DNA of 64,000 nucleotides from the NCBI GenBank assembly GCA_016208685.1, contig JACQXM010000053.1, forward strand, positions 93,957-157,956, read 5' to 3'. Below, piece after piece: positions 46,932-55,827 of this stretch; within the stretch, counting starts at the first letter, position 1; each line of letters begins with the position of its first letter. Under the pieces are notes generated by a model. It had not been told where the DNA came from, made no database searches, and saw nothing but the letters and a program-made list of their open reading frames with translations. This DNA comes from Planctomycetota bacterium. GTDB taxonomy: Bacteria > Planctomycetota > Phycisphaerae > UBA1845. Position numbers and translations under genes: made by a program.

Positions 46932-48934
46932 TGGAACAACCTGCCACCCTCCGCGAATTCGGAGCCCTGATCGGCAAGAAGCTGCCGACCTACGAGTCGC
47001 GCCCGCAACAGCAGGCGATGGCCGACGCCGTCGCCGAGGCGTTCGAGAAAGAGGAGCACCTGCTGGTGGAAGCGGGCACAGGCGTGGGCAAGAGCTTCGC
47101 CTACCTGGTGCCCGCCATTCGGCTCGCCGTTCGCACCGGCAAGCGCGTCGTCATCAGCACGCACACCATCGCCCTTCAGGAGCAACTCATCGAGAAGGAC
47201 ATCCCCTTCCTGCAATCGGTACTGCCGGAGTCCTTCACCGCGGTGCTGGTCAAGGGCCGGGCCAACTACCTGGGCCTGCGGCGCTTAGCGCGTGCCAGCC
47301 AGCGGCAGAACGCCTTGTTCGACAGCACCGGGCAGGTCGCCGAACTGCACCGTTTGGAGGACTGGGCCTACACCACGCAGGACGGCTCGCTTGCCGATCT
47401 GACGGAACAGCCCCTGCCCGTGGTGTGGGATCGGGTCCGGAGCGAGGCCGACGACTGCCGCGGGCGGCAATGCCCGACCTATGGCAAGTGCTTCTACCAG
47501 CGTGCCCGCCGCCGCGCCGGTGAAGCGCAGATTCTGGTCGTCAACCACGCCCTGCTTTTCTCAGACATCGCGGTTCGGCGGCAGGAATCGTCGATTCTGC
47601 CCGACTATGACTACGCGATCCTCGACGAGGCGCACACTGTGGAACAGGTGGCCGGCGATCACCTGGGCGCCTCGCTCTCCAACACCCAGATCCAGTACCT
47701 CCTCAACTCGCTCTACAACGAACGCACGGGAAAGGGATCGCTGCCGCGCCGCGCCGCCAAGTCGGCGATTGACGCGGTCCAGCGCGCCCGCCGCGCCTCC
47801 GACCGCTACTTCGACGCCCTGGCGGAGTGGTGCCTGAAGCGGCAGGACTGGAACGGCCGGCTCCGCGAGCCGCCGCCGGTGGAACAACCGGTCTCCGACG
47901 CCCTGGTGGGGCTGCGGGCGGAGCTCGGCGAAATCAAGAAGAAGGCAAAGAACGACGACGAGCGGTCGGAACTGGGATCCGCGGCCGAACGCTGCAAGTC
48001 GCTCGCCGACACCGTCACCTTGTGGCACACTCAGTCCGTGTCCGACTGGGTGTACTGGATCGAGTTCGGCGAAGCGCGAAGACAGCGGGTCACACTCTGC
48101 GGCCGGCCCATCGATGTCGGGCCGATCCTCAAGGAGTGCCTCTTCGATGAACTCAAAAGCGTGGTCCTGACCTCCGCGACCCTGACCACCGGAGGGCCCG
48201 ACCCCTTCGCCTTCACCCGCGGGCGCCTGGGGCTGCAACGCACGCGGGCGCTCCAGCTCGGTTCGCCCTTCAATTACCGCGAGCAGGCCGTGGCGTACGT
48301 CGAGGCGGACCTGCCCGATCCGACGAGCGGCACCTTCGTCCCCGCCGCCTGTGCCGCGATCGAGAAATACCTGGCGCGCTCCCAGGGCCGCGCCTTCGTC
48401 CTCTTTACCAGTTACTCGATGCTCAACGACTGCGCCGAGCGGTTGTCGGCGTTCCTGGAGGCACAACAAATGCCCTGCCTGGTGCAGGGATCGGGCCTTC
48501 CGCGCTCCATGATGCTCAGCCGTTTCCGCAGCGTGCCGCGCAGCGTGCTCTTCGGCACGGACACGTTCTGGGCCGGTGTCGACGTGCCGGGAGAGGCGCT
48601 GAGCAACGTCATCATCGTCAAGCTACCCTTCGCCGTGCCCAACCACCCATTCGTCGAGGCCCGCATCGAGCACATCCGCGCGCAGGGCGGCAATCCTTTC
48701 TTCGACTACCAGCTTCCCGAGGCCGTCCTCAAGTTCCGTCAGGGCGTGGGCCGGCTGATCCGAACGAAATCCGACACCGGCATCGTCGCCATCCTCGATC
48801 CGCGGGTGCTCACCAAACCCTATGGGCGAATGTTCCTCAAGGCGCTGCCGGAATGCCCGGTCGTTATCGAGGACGGGCGTGGACAGCAGACCCCGTACCA
48901 CGGCGCCGCCGCGGCGGCCGGACCGGGAACGTGA
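46931..48934 (+). CDS. dinG: DinG/YoaA-family ATP-dependent helicase
   Basis: EAGTGVGKS, LQEQL, DEAH, LTSATL, LFTSY, QGVGRLIR. Confidence 0.92.
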   Translation: MEQPATLREFGALIGKKLPTYESRPQQQAMADAVAEAFEKEEHLLVEAGTGVGKSFAYLVPAIRLAVRTGKRVVISTHTIALQEQLIEKDIPFLQSVLPESFTAVLVKGRANYLGLRRLARASQRQNALFDSTGQVAELHRLEDWAYTTQDGSLADLTEQPLPVVWDRVRSEADDCRGRQCPTYGKCFYQRARRRAGEAQILVVNHALLFSDIAVRRQESSILPDYDYAILDEAHTVEQVAGDHLGASLSNTQIQYLLNSLYNERTGKGSLPRRAAKSAIDAVQRARRASDRYFDALAEWCLKRQDWNGRLREPPPVEQPVSDALVGLRAELGEIKKKAKNDDERSELGSAAERCKSLADTVTLWHTQSVSDWVYWIEFGEARRQRVTLCGRPIDVGPILKECLFDELKSVVLTSATLTTGGPDPFAFTRGRLGLQRTRALQLGSPFNYREQAVAYVEADLPDPTSGTFVPAACAAIEKYLARSQGRAFVLFTSYSMLNDCAERLSAFLEAQQMPCLVQGSGLPRSMMLSRFRSVPRSVLFGTDTFWAGVDVPGEALSNVIIVKLPFAVPNHPFVEARIEHIRAQGGNPFFDYQLPEAVLKFRQGVGRLIRTKSDTGIVAILDPRVLTKPYGRMFLKALPECPVVIEDGRGQQTPYHGAAAAAGPGT

Positions 48935-48944
48935 CTGGAGGAAC

Positions 48945-49463
48945 ATGAACGTGCGCTCCCATGAAGTGTTGAAGCAGGCGGCGGAGTCAGTGGGCGTCAA
49001 AGCCCTGGCCGCGGCCCTGAAGCTCTCGCCCGCGCTGGTGTACAAGTGGTGTCAGGAGTTCGACCCGGCCGACGCCGACGGCGGCGGAGCGCTCAACCCG
49101 CTGGACCGGCTGGCCCAGATCGTCCACATCACCGGCAACCGCGAAGTCGTCAACTGGCTTTGCCATCAGGCGGGTGGTTTTTTCGTGGCCAACCCCGCGC
49201 CGCCCGCCGCGGACCGCCGCGCGGAGCTGCTCTCCAACACCCAGCGTCTGGTGCAGGAATTCAGCCGATTGCTCACCACGGTCACCAGGTCCATCGAGGA
49301 CGACGGCGTGATCGAACCGCGCGAGGCGCAGCGCATCCGTTCCGCGTGGGAACACCTCAAGGGCGTGGCCGAGGCCTTCTGCATCGCCTGCGAGCGGGGT
49401 TTCTTCCAGGAGACCGCCAACGATGGCCCGCTGCCCCAACCCCCGCGAGAGCCGCGGCGGTAA
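48945..49463 (+). CDS. Phage regulatory CII-like protein
   Basis: HTH-like ALKLSPALVYKW, NPLDRL, WLCHQAGGFFV, SIEDDGVIEPREA. Confidence 0.7.
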   Translation: MNVRSHEVLKQAAESVGVKALAAALKLSPALVYKWCQEFDPADADGGGALNPLDRLAQIVHITGNREVVNWLCHQAGGFFVANPAPPAADRRAELLSNTQRLVQEFSRLLTTVTRSIEDDGVIEPREAQRIRSAWEHLKGVAEAFCIACERGFFQETANDGPLPQPPREPRR

Positions 49464-49468
49464 GGGCA

Positions 49469-49664
49469 GCGTGCCACGGCCACGCGCAGGGTGCCATTGC
49501 CAAGCGCGGGGTGCCATGGCCAAGCGCAGCGCCGCCATGCCGTGGAGGCCATCGCGAGCCACGAACGCACGGGGTAACAGAGCCGCGGCCGTCAGGGAGC
49601 GGGCAATGAAAGCGACGGAGCGACAAAGGGTCGGAGCAACCGAGCCGCCACCGTCACGGACGGT
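49469..49664. repeat. Composite REP-like element
   Basis: GGGTGCCATGGCCAAGCGCAGCGCCGCCATGC units joined to AGAGCCGCGGCCGTCAGGGAGCGGG; inverted near-copy at 57797-57920. Confidence 0.85.
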
Positions 49665-49718
49665 GTAAATCAGTGCGAAGTGGTGTAATACCGCCCACGG
49701 TCATTCCGACGCAACTCG

Positions 49719-51734
49719 TCAGTCGTCGGTGCGCGTATTCCGATACCAGACCAGCCGATCGTCGCTGAGCCCGGTACCGCTACGACGGTCCAGCGTGCCG
49801 ACGATGTCGTTTTTCCCGTCGGCATCAAGGTCCACCACCAGCAGGGCGTTAATGTGCGTTGAGGTATCAACTTCGGTCACTCCCACGCCGGTGCCCGGGG
49901 TGGGCGTCGTCGTCGAAGTCGCCGGCGGCGCGGTAGAGGCCGAGGTCTGCGCGGCATCGGCACTGTCCTGAATGATGGTGTTCGGAGCCCAGGGGTCGTA
50001 GACGGTCGGCGCGCTCATGCCCTCGTACCACGCCACGGCCCCCTCCCCGGCCACGATGACCTCCACGTTCCCGTCCCCCGTCACGTCGCCGATGGCGATC
50101 GCCTCCGGCTCCTGCGCCAGAATCTCCGTCAGCGTGAACACCGGCCAGGGAAAGTTGAAGCGGTCCGGGGTGGGATCGCTGGGCGGGAACTCCGGCTGAA
50201 TGGAGAGCGCGTTAGGACGACGGAACCACTGCACAATGCGGCCGTCGATGGAGCGGATGAGCACATCGTCAAACCCATCGCCGTCAATATCGCCGACCTT
50301 CATCACGTCCGCGCCGCTGTCCACCTGTCCGACGGGCCGCTCCTGCCAGCCGGACGCGAAATACCACCAGGTGTTAACCGTGCACGTGCCGTCGGGAATC
50401 CCCAGGCAGTCGTCGCCCGTGGCGCAGGCCTGCCCGTCGAACTGTCCGCCCGTGCACACGCCCGCGGGAGTACACGTTCCGTCGGGAATGCCGGCGCAGT
50501 CCGCATCGCCGTTGGGGCAGGCGGCCCCGTCGTTGGCACCCCCGGAGCAAACATCCACACCCGGAACAAAGCCGGCGATGACTTCGCCATAGCCGCTCGG
50601 GCCGCCCGGCGTGTGCGGCACCAGCGGGTTACGCACCCAGCGAACGTTCAGACTGATGGAATTCGTATAAGTGGCCAGGACGTCCAGATCGCCGTCGCCG
50701 TCGATGTCGTTGAGCGCCACGTCCTTGACCTGCGGCGCGTCGCCGATGAGGCTGATGGGCACCCCGCGTGACAGTCCCGCCGCCGGCACGCCCCACAGGG
50801 TGGAATCCTCGGAAGCCCCGGGGCCGGGGTTGATCCACAGGTCGACGGTGTTGGTGGGCGGCTTCTGGCCCAGGGTCTCGCATTCGCCGGGATTGAGTGC
50901 CACGACAATGTCATCACCGGGCACGCCGTCCACGTTCCCCACGGCCAGCGACGTGAAGCCGTTCCACTCCGGTTTGGTCTTGGCTTCCTCGAACTCCTTA
51001 AACTCGATGCCGGGAAACTGATCGTGAATCCAGCGGTCGGCGACGAAGGGGTTGACCAGGATCATCTCCGTCCAACTGTCGCCGTCGGGAATCAGACCGG
51101 GATTGCCGGGACTGAAGTACACGATGATTTCGCCATCCGTACGGCTGATCTCCGTGGGCGGATCGCTGGGGTTCTTGGGCGGACAGAGGGTCACGAACCC
51201 GGTGGCCTTGGAAAGCACTACCACGTCCAGGAAGCCGTCGTCGTTGATTTGCCCCAGTTGCACGCCCGCCACCACCGCCACCGGCGTCGTGCCCGCCAGG
51301 GTCACGGTGCGGAAAGAAACATTGCCGGCGGCATCGCGGCGCTGAAGGTGCAACTGCACCGGCTGCGACTGATTCCACGCGCTCACCAGGTCGAGCAGCC
51401 CGTCCTGGTCCACGTCTCCGGAGACCACGAACTTCGGCCCGGCACTGTCTTCCGACGCCGGGTCGATTTGATAGGCGGTAAAGAAGCTGCGCGTTTCCTC
51501 GCCCGCCGGCTGGCCGTCCGGGGTATCCACGACGCCGCCCGTGCCACCCGGGGACAGCGGCGCGTCCGTGAACTCGCTTTCCACCGTGGAGAAGCCGCCC
51601 GCGCCTCCGGCGCTACCTCCGCCCGTGCCCTGGTCGGCTTGCTCGTTAATCTGCTGGAAGACCGAGGTACACCCGACGATAACGCCCAGGGTGATACCGA
51701 TCGCCGCTAAGTGCTTTCGCCACTTGGACTCCAT
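49719..51734 (-). CDS. Lipoprotein with FG-GAP/VCBS repeats and a Cys-rich insert
   Basis: Lipobox-like IVGC; GDVDQDGLLDL, DIDGDGDLDV, GDIDGDGFDDV, DLDADGKNDI; CSGGANDGAAC..C and CTGGQFDGQAC..C. Confidence 0.85.
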   Translation of the reverse strand: MESKWRKHLAAIGITLGVIVGCTSVFQQINEQADQGTGGGSAGGAGGFSTVESEFTDAPLSPGGTGGVVDTPDGQPAGEETRSFFTAYQIDPASEDSAGPKFVVSGDVDQDGLLDLVSAWNQSQPVQLHLQRRDAAGNVSFRTVTLAGTTPVAVVAGVQLGQINDDGFLDVVVLSKATGFVTLCPPKNPSDPPTEISRTDGEIIVYFSPGNPGLIPDGDSWTEMILVNPFVADRWIHDQFPGIEFKEFEEAKTKPEWNGFTSLAVGNVDGVPGDDIVVALNPGECETLGQKPPTNTVDLWINPGPGASEDSTLWGVPAAGLSRGVPISLIGDAPQVKDVALNDIDGDGDLDVLATYTNSISLNVRWVRNPLVPHTPGGPSGYGEVIAGFVPGVDVCSGGANDGAACPNGDADCAGIPDGTCTPAGVCTGGQFDGQACATGDDCLGIPDGTCTVNTWWYFASGWQERPVGQVDSGADVMKVGDIDGDGFDDVLIRSIDGRIVQWFRRPNALSIQPEFPPSDPTPDRFNFPWPVFTLTEILAQEPEAIAIGDVTGDGNVEVIVAGEGAVAWYEGMSAPTVYDPWAPNTIIQDSADAAQTSASTAPPATSTTTPTPGTGVGVTEVDTSTHINALLVVDLDADGKNDIVGTLDRRSGTGLSDDRLVWYRNTRTDD

Positions 51735-51879
51735 GGTGCTCTCCCGTGCCGTCGAATTCTCGGCCCCTGTCTACAAATAGGCGCGGCTACTTTGCAGGGT
51801 TATCGGTTCGACACCAGCGTGACTTGCGGCTAAGAAGGCGCCGGGCCTTCGACCACCAAACGACACGGGGGAATGGCAA

Positions 51880-52395
51880 ATGGACGGTCGTGACTACCTG
51901 CTACTCGACGATGCGGCGTTGCTGAAACAATGCGCCGTCGACCGTTATCGGTCACACGGACCAGGCGGGCAGAAGCGCAACAAAACCTCCTCGGCCGTCC
52001 GTCTGCGACACGGGCCTACCGGTCTGATCGTCGTCGCCGCCGATGAACGCTCACAGAAGGTGAACCGGGAACGGGCGCTTCGCCGCCTCCGCGAGGCCAT
52101 CGCGCTGAACGTGCGCGTCGAAGTCGATGTGCGTTCGCTGAGTCCCAGTCCGCTGCTGCGCGCCCGCATCACCGAAGCAGGGGAACTCCATATCAGCCGG
52201 CGAAGCCCGCATTACTACCAGATCGTCCGGGAAGTTCTGGACGTCTTCGGGGCACTCGACACGCACCTGCGCGATACTGCCGGAAAGCTCGGCGTGAGCA
52301 CGGCCCAGCTCGTGAAGTTCCTGCGCGAAGATCCCAAGCTATGGAAACGCGCCAACGAGATGCGCACTGCCGCCGGTGCCGATCCACTGCGCTGA
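51880..52395 (+). CDS. Class I release-factor-like (RF-1 domain) protein
   Basis: [29 protein letters not shown]. Confidence 0.85.
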   Translation: MDGRDYLLLDDAALLKQCAVDRYRSHGPGGQKRNKTSSAVRLRHGPTGLIVVAADERSQKVNRERALRRLREAIALNVRVEVDVRSLSPSPLLRARITEAGELHISRRSPHYYQIVREVLDVFGALDTHLRDTAGKLGVSTAQLVKFLREDPKLWKRANEMRTAAGADPLR

Positions 52396-52422
52396 GTCAG
52401 CGTCCGCGATCCGGCGCCGCGC

Positions 52423-52582
52423 GAACAGAGCCGCGCAAGCAAAGCCGCGAAAGCAGAGCCGCGACCGTCCGGGAGCGGGCGGCGAGCCGCGGGCTTCAGC
52501 CCGCGCGGCCCCGCGGAGTTGCCGGCTGACCCGCTGGAAAGCCGGTCCCACAATCCGAGCCGCGACCGTCCGGGCGCGGGCA
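52423..52582. repeat. Mosaic REP-like cluster
   Basis: agagccgcgaccgtccgggagcggg, gagccgcgggcttcagcccgcgcgg, gctggaaagccggtcccaca. Confidence 0.85.
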
Positions 52583-52936
52583 AAACAGTATCGGGCGGCG
52601 CCGTATCGCGCGCGCCCACTCAGCCACTTCCCTCCGGCGGCGAGCGGGAAAAGGACCACGCCGTCATCCCCACGCGCCCCACCTGCGGAGACCGCTCCCC
52701 CCTCGCCAGGCCGGCGCGAGCGACGGCCGGCAGAACTCCTCCGCAACGCCGCCTCATCCGAAAAAGCGGCCTCCTCCTGCTTATCGGGCGTCCGGGGACG
52801 GCGCCCCTGACTACGATTTGCAGCCCGTCCTCCACTGGTCCGAGAACCCGGTCGAAGAATGCAGAAGAAGCCGGGCGGGGCAATCGGTGCGCCCCGGACG
52901 CGGGCACCGGCGCTGTGCGCCGAACGGTGTTCCTGC

Positions 52937-54295
52937 ATGTGGCCACTCAAGACCATCCTCTACTTCCTGCTCTTTTGGGGGGCGTGCATCGCTTCCCTGG
53001 TGAACCCCATCTGGGGCGTAGTCAACTACATGCTGGCCTACCAGAGCAACCCCCCGATCACCTGGTGGGGACAGCCGCTGGTGAACATCGGCATGCGTTT
53101 CTCCATGCTCGCCATCTCGTTCACCATCGCGGGGCTCTTCCTCAGCCGGCAACGGGTTCCGCACATCCGGCCAGTGTTCTCCTTGTGGGAGGTGTGCGTG
53201 TTCGGCCTGCTGGGCGTGGCACTCCTCGACATCGGATTCGGCATAGGCTACGACATCGTGGCGCAAACGGCCTTCGAGAAATTCTGGAAACTCCAAGTAT
53301 TCGTGCTCATCCTGACGCGCCTGGCGACCACGCGGCGAAACCTGGAACTCGTGATCTGGTCCATCGTCGCCGGCAGCCTCTACCTCGGACACGACGCGTT
53401 CACCGCTCCGCCCTCCGCCTTCCTTAAGGGGCGACTCGAGGTGTTCGGCGGTCCCGACATCGCCACCTCCTCGGGGGCCGCGGCGCACCTGACGGCCATG
53501 CTGCCCATCATCGGGGTGGCCTTCCTGACCGCGCGACACTGGGTCTTCAAGGCGTTCGCGGCCCTGAGCGGCGCGTTCACCATCAACGCCGTCATTCTCT
53601 GCCGGACGCGGTCGGCATTCGTGGGGCTGTTGTGCGGCGCCGCCGCCGCGGTCCTGATGGCGCCGCGCGCCAAGCGCTTCCGCATTCACCTTCTGCTGCT
53701 CATCGGCGGCGTGGCGGCCTTCAGCCTTACCGACACCCACTACTGGGAGCGCATGTCGACGCTGGCGGACCAAAAAGCGCTGGACGCCGATCAGGCGACC
53801 GTCTCCCGCGCCGACATCTGGAAAGCCTCTTTGCGCATCCTCGCCGATTACCCCATGGGCGTCGGGCTCGGAAACTTCGCCCGTGTCATCGGAATCTACG
53901 ACCCGCGGTACCCCAACCGGTCGCCGCACAACACGCTGGTCATGGGCTTCACGGAGCTGGGGATTCCGGGCGGCATTCTCTTCGTGGCCATCGTGCTGGA
54001 GTCGATCCGGCTTATCTATGTCAGCTCGCGCCTGGCGCGGCAATCCGCCCGACCGTTGGAGACCACGCTCTTCGCCTACGGATTCGTCATCTCCCTGGTG
54101 ACCTACTTCGTCGCCGGGTTGGGAACCGAGCGCTTCTCGTGCGAGTCGTTCTGGTGGGTGCTGGCGTTCCCCTTGTGCCTGCACCGGGTGGTGCTGGGCG
54201 AAGTCCGTGCCGAGGCGGAACAGCAGGCGCCCGAACCGCTGTTGCTCAGCCGGCCGGAGTACGGGCTGTCGCCGGATTGGGCTCATGCCTACTGA
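52937..54295 (+). CDS. O-antigen ligase/polymerase (Wzy-like) membrane protein
   Basis: Multi-TM; TRSAFVGL, RADIW, GVGLGNF, PHNT...ELGIPG. Confidence 0.88.
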   Translation: MWPLKTILYFLLFWGACIASLVNPIWGVVNYMLAYQSNPPITWWGQPLVNIGMRFSMLAISFTIAGLFLSRQRVPHIRPVFSLWEVCVFGLLGVALLDIGFGIGYDIVAQTAFEKFWKLQVFVLILTRLATTRRNLELVIWSIVAGSLYLGHDAFTAPPSAFLKGRLEVFGGPDIATSSGAAAHLTAMLPIIGVAFLTARHWVFKAFAALSGAFTINAVILCRTRSAFVGLLCGAAAAVLMAPRAKRFRIHLLLLIGGVAAFSLTDTHYWERMSTLADQKALDADQATVSRADIWKASLRILADYPMGVGLGNFARVIGIYDPRYPNRSPHNTLVMGFTELGIPGGILFVAIVLESIRLIYVSSRLARQSARPLETTLFAYGFVISLVTYFVAGLGTERFSCESFWWVLAFPLCLHRVVLGEVRAEAEQQAPEPLLLSRPEYGLSPDWAHAY

Positions 54296-55532
54296 CCGCG
54301 CGCCGCTCGTCGTGCATTACCTGGATTCGCTGGCGCCCGGCGGCACGGAACGCACGCTCGTCGCGCTGCTGGAAGCGTTGGACCCGGCGCGGGCGCGACA
54401 TATCGTGGTGACGGCTCGCGGCGCCGGCCCGCTGGCGTCGAACCTCCCGGACCACGTGGCCTGCCGGGCTCTGGAACGTACCGGCGCCTGCCGCACCGCC
54501 GGCGTGACCCTGGGACGGCTGCTTCGCCGCTGGCGCGCCACGGTCGTGCACACGCGGAACGTCGGCTGTTGGGCCGACACCGTCCTGGCCGGAATCCTGG
54601 CTCCCGCGACGCAGGTCGTCCTCGGATTCCACGGGCGCGAGACAACCAGACCCTTCGGCAGCCGCGAACGCGTCATCACCGCCTTCGCCCGGCGCGGCGA
54701 CACAAGGTTCACGAGCGTATCGCACACTGGAAAAGCGCTGGTCACCGCTCAGCTACGTGTGCCGCCGGAGCACATCACCGTCCTCCCCAACGGGGTCGAC
54801 ACGACGCGCTTCCGCCCGGCGGCCGCGGAATCGCGCGGTCGCGCCCGGGCACGCTGGCGTTTCGGCACCCGTGACGTGGTCGTCGGCATCGTCGGCTCGC
54901 TGACCGGCATCAAGCGGCACGACCTGCTTCTGGAAGCCATGGAGCGAACGGCGATGGACGAGCTGCGTCTGCTCGTCGTTGGCGACGGGCCGCTGCGTGG
55001 CGAACTGACGGTGGCGGCCGAACAGCGCGGCCTCCACCGGCGGGTTACGTTTGCCGGAAGCACCGGCGACGTGCGGCCGCTGCTGGCAGCGATGGATGTC
55101 TACGTGTGTTGCAGCGATCACGAGGGGATCAGCAACGCATTGCTCGAGGCGATGGCTGCCGGACTGCCCGTCATCTCGACCGACGTGGGAGACCATGCGC
55201 GCATCCTCGCCGATGGCGCCGGCATCCTCATCGAAGCCGGCGAGGCCGGAGCCCTGGGAACAGCGCTGGAAACGCTGGCGCGCAACCCGGATGGGCGCCG
55301 CACCCTGGGCCGGGCCGCCCGACGTCGCGCGAAGCAGTTCTCATTCGCACAGGTCGTTCGCGACTACGACGCCTTCTATGCTTCCCTGACCGGAGAAAGT
55401 GCGAGGGGCATGGTGCTTGGCTCCGGAAGGGGGAACGTCTCCGACCTGTTTCCGGCGGAGCGCTCCTTGACCGAACGCCGTGAGCAAACTTCGTGCCACG
55501 TTGCGGCACGGGCCACAGAGCCGCGACCGTAA
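54285..55532 (+). CDS. Glycosyltransferase family 4
   Basis: GGTER, PNGVD, VGDGP, EGISNALLEAMAAGLPVI. Confidence 0.92.
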   Translation: MPTDRAPLVVHYLDSLAPGGTERTLVALLEALDPARARHIVVTARGAGPLASNLPDHVACRALERTGACRTAGVTLGRLLRRWRATVVHTRNVGCWADTVLAGILAPATQVVLGFHGRETTRPFGSRERVITAFARRGDTRFTSVSHTGKALVTAQLRVPPEHITVLPNGVDTTRFRPAAAESRGRARARWRFGTRDVVVGIVGSLTGIKRHDLLLEAMERTAMDELRLLVVGDGPLRGELTVAAEQRGLHRRVTFAGSTGDVRPLLAAMDVYVCCSDHEGISNALLEAMAAGLPVISTDVGDHARILADGAGILIEAGEAGALGTALETLARNPDGRRTLGRAARRRAKQFSFAQVVRDYDAFYASLTGESARGMVLGSGRGNVSDLFPAERSLTERREQTSCHVAARATEPRP

Positions 55533-55655
55533 GAGAGCGGGCCGGCCATGCCGAATGGCGAATAGCGAAACTGAGATCCGCAAGGTGCCCTGGCCAGCCG
55601 CAGCGCCGCCGTGAGGCCGCGGAAGTTGGGTGCCACGAAGGCGCTTCGTGGCCAA
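55515..55655. repeat. REP-like unit, heptamers and degenerate GGGTGCC palindromes
   Basis: agagccgcgaccgtaagagagcggg; gaatggc-gaatagc; ggtgccctggccagccgcagcgccgcc. Confidence 0.7.
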
Positions 55656-55827
55656 CCCACTGTTGGAACCGGGAACGCGCGAACACCGTTCCCCGCGCCC
55701 ATTATCGGCCCTGCCCGGGACGAGCCGCGGTTCAGTTCAACCGTCGACACCCATCGTCCGAAAAGCAAAGGGATCGGCGGACCTCGAGACGATCACGGTT
55801 ATCCGGTCTCAACAAGGCGGGCACGGC

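Noticed and set aside
48945..49463. Prophage
   Set aside because: Only a single CII-like gene; no integrase, structural or replication genes
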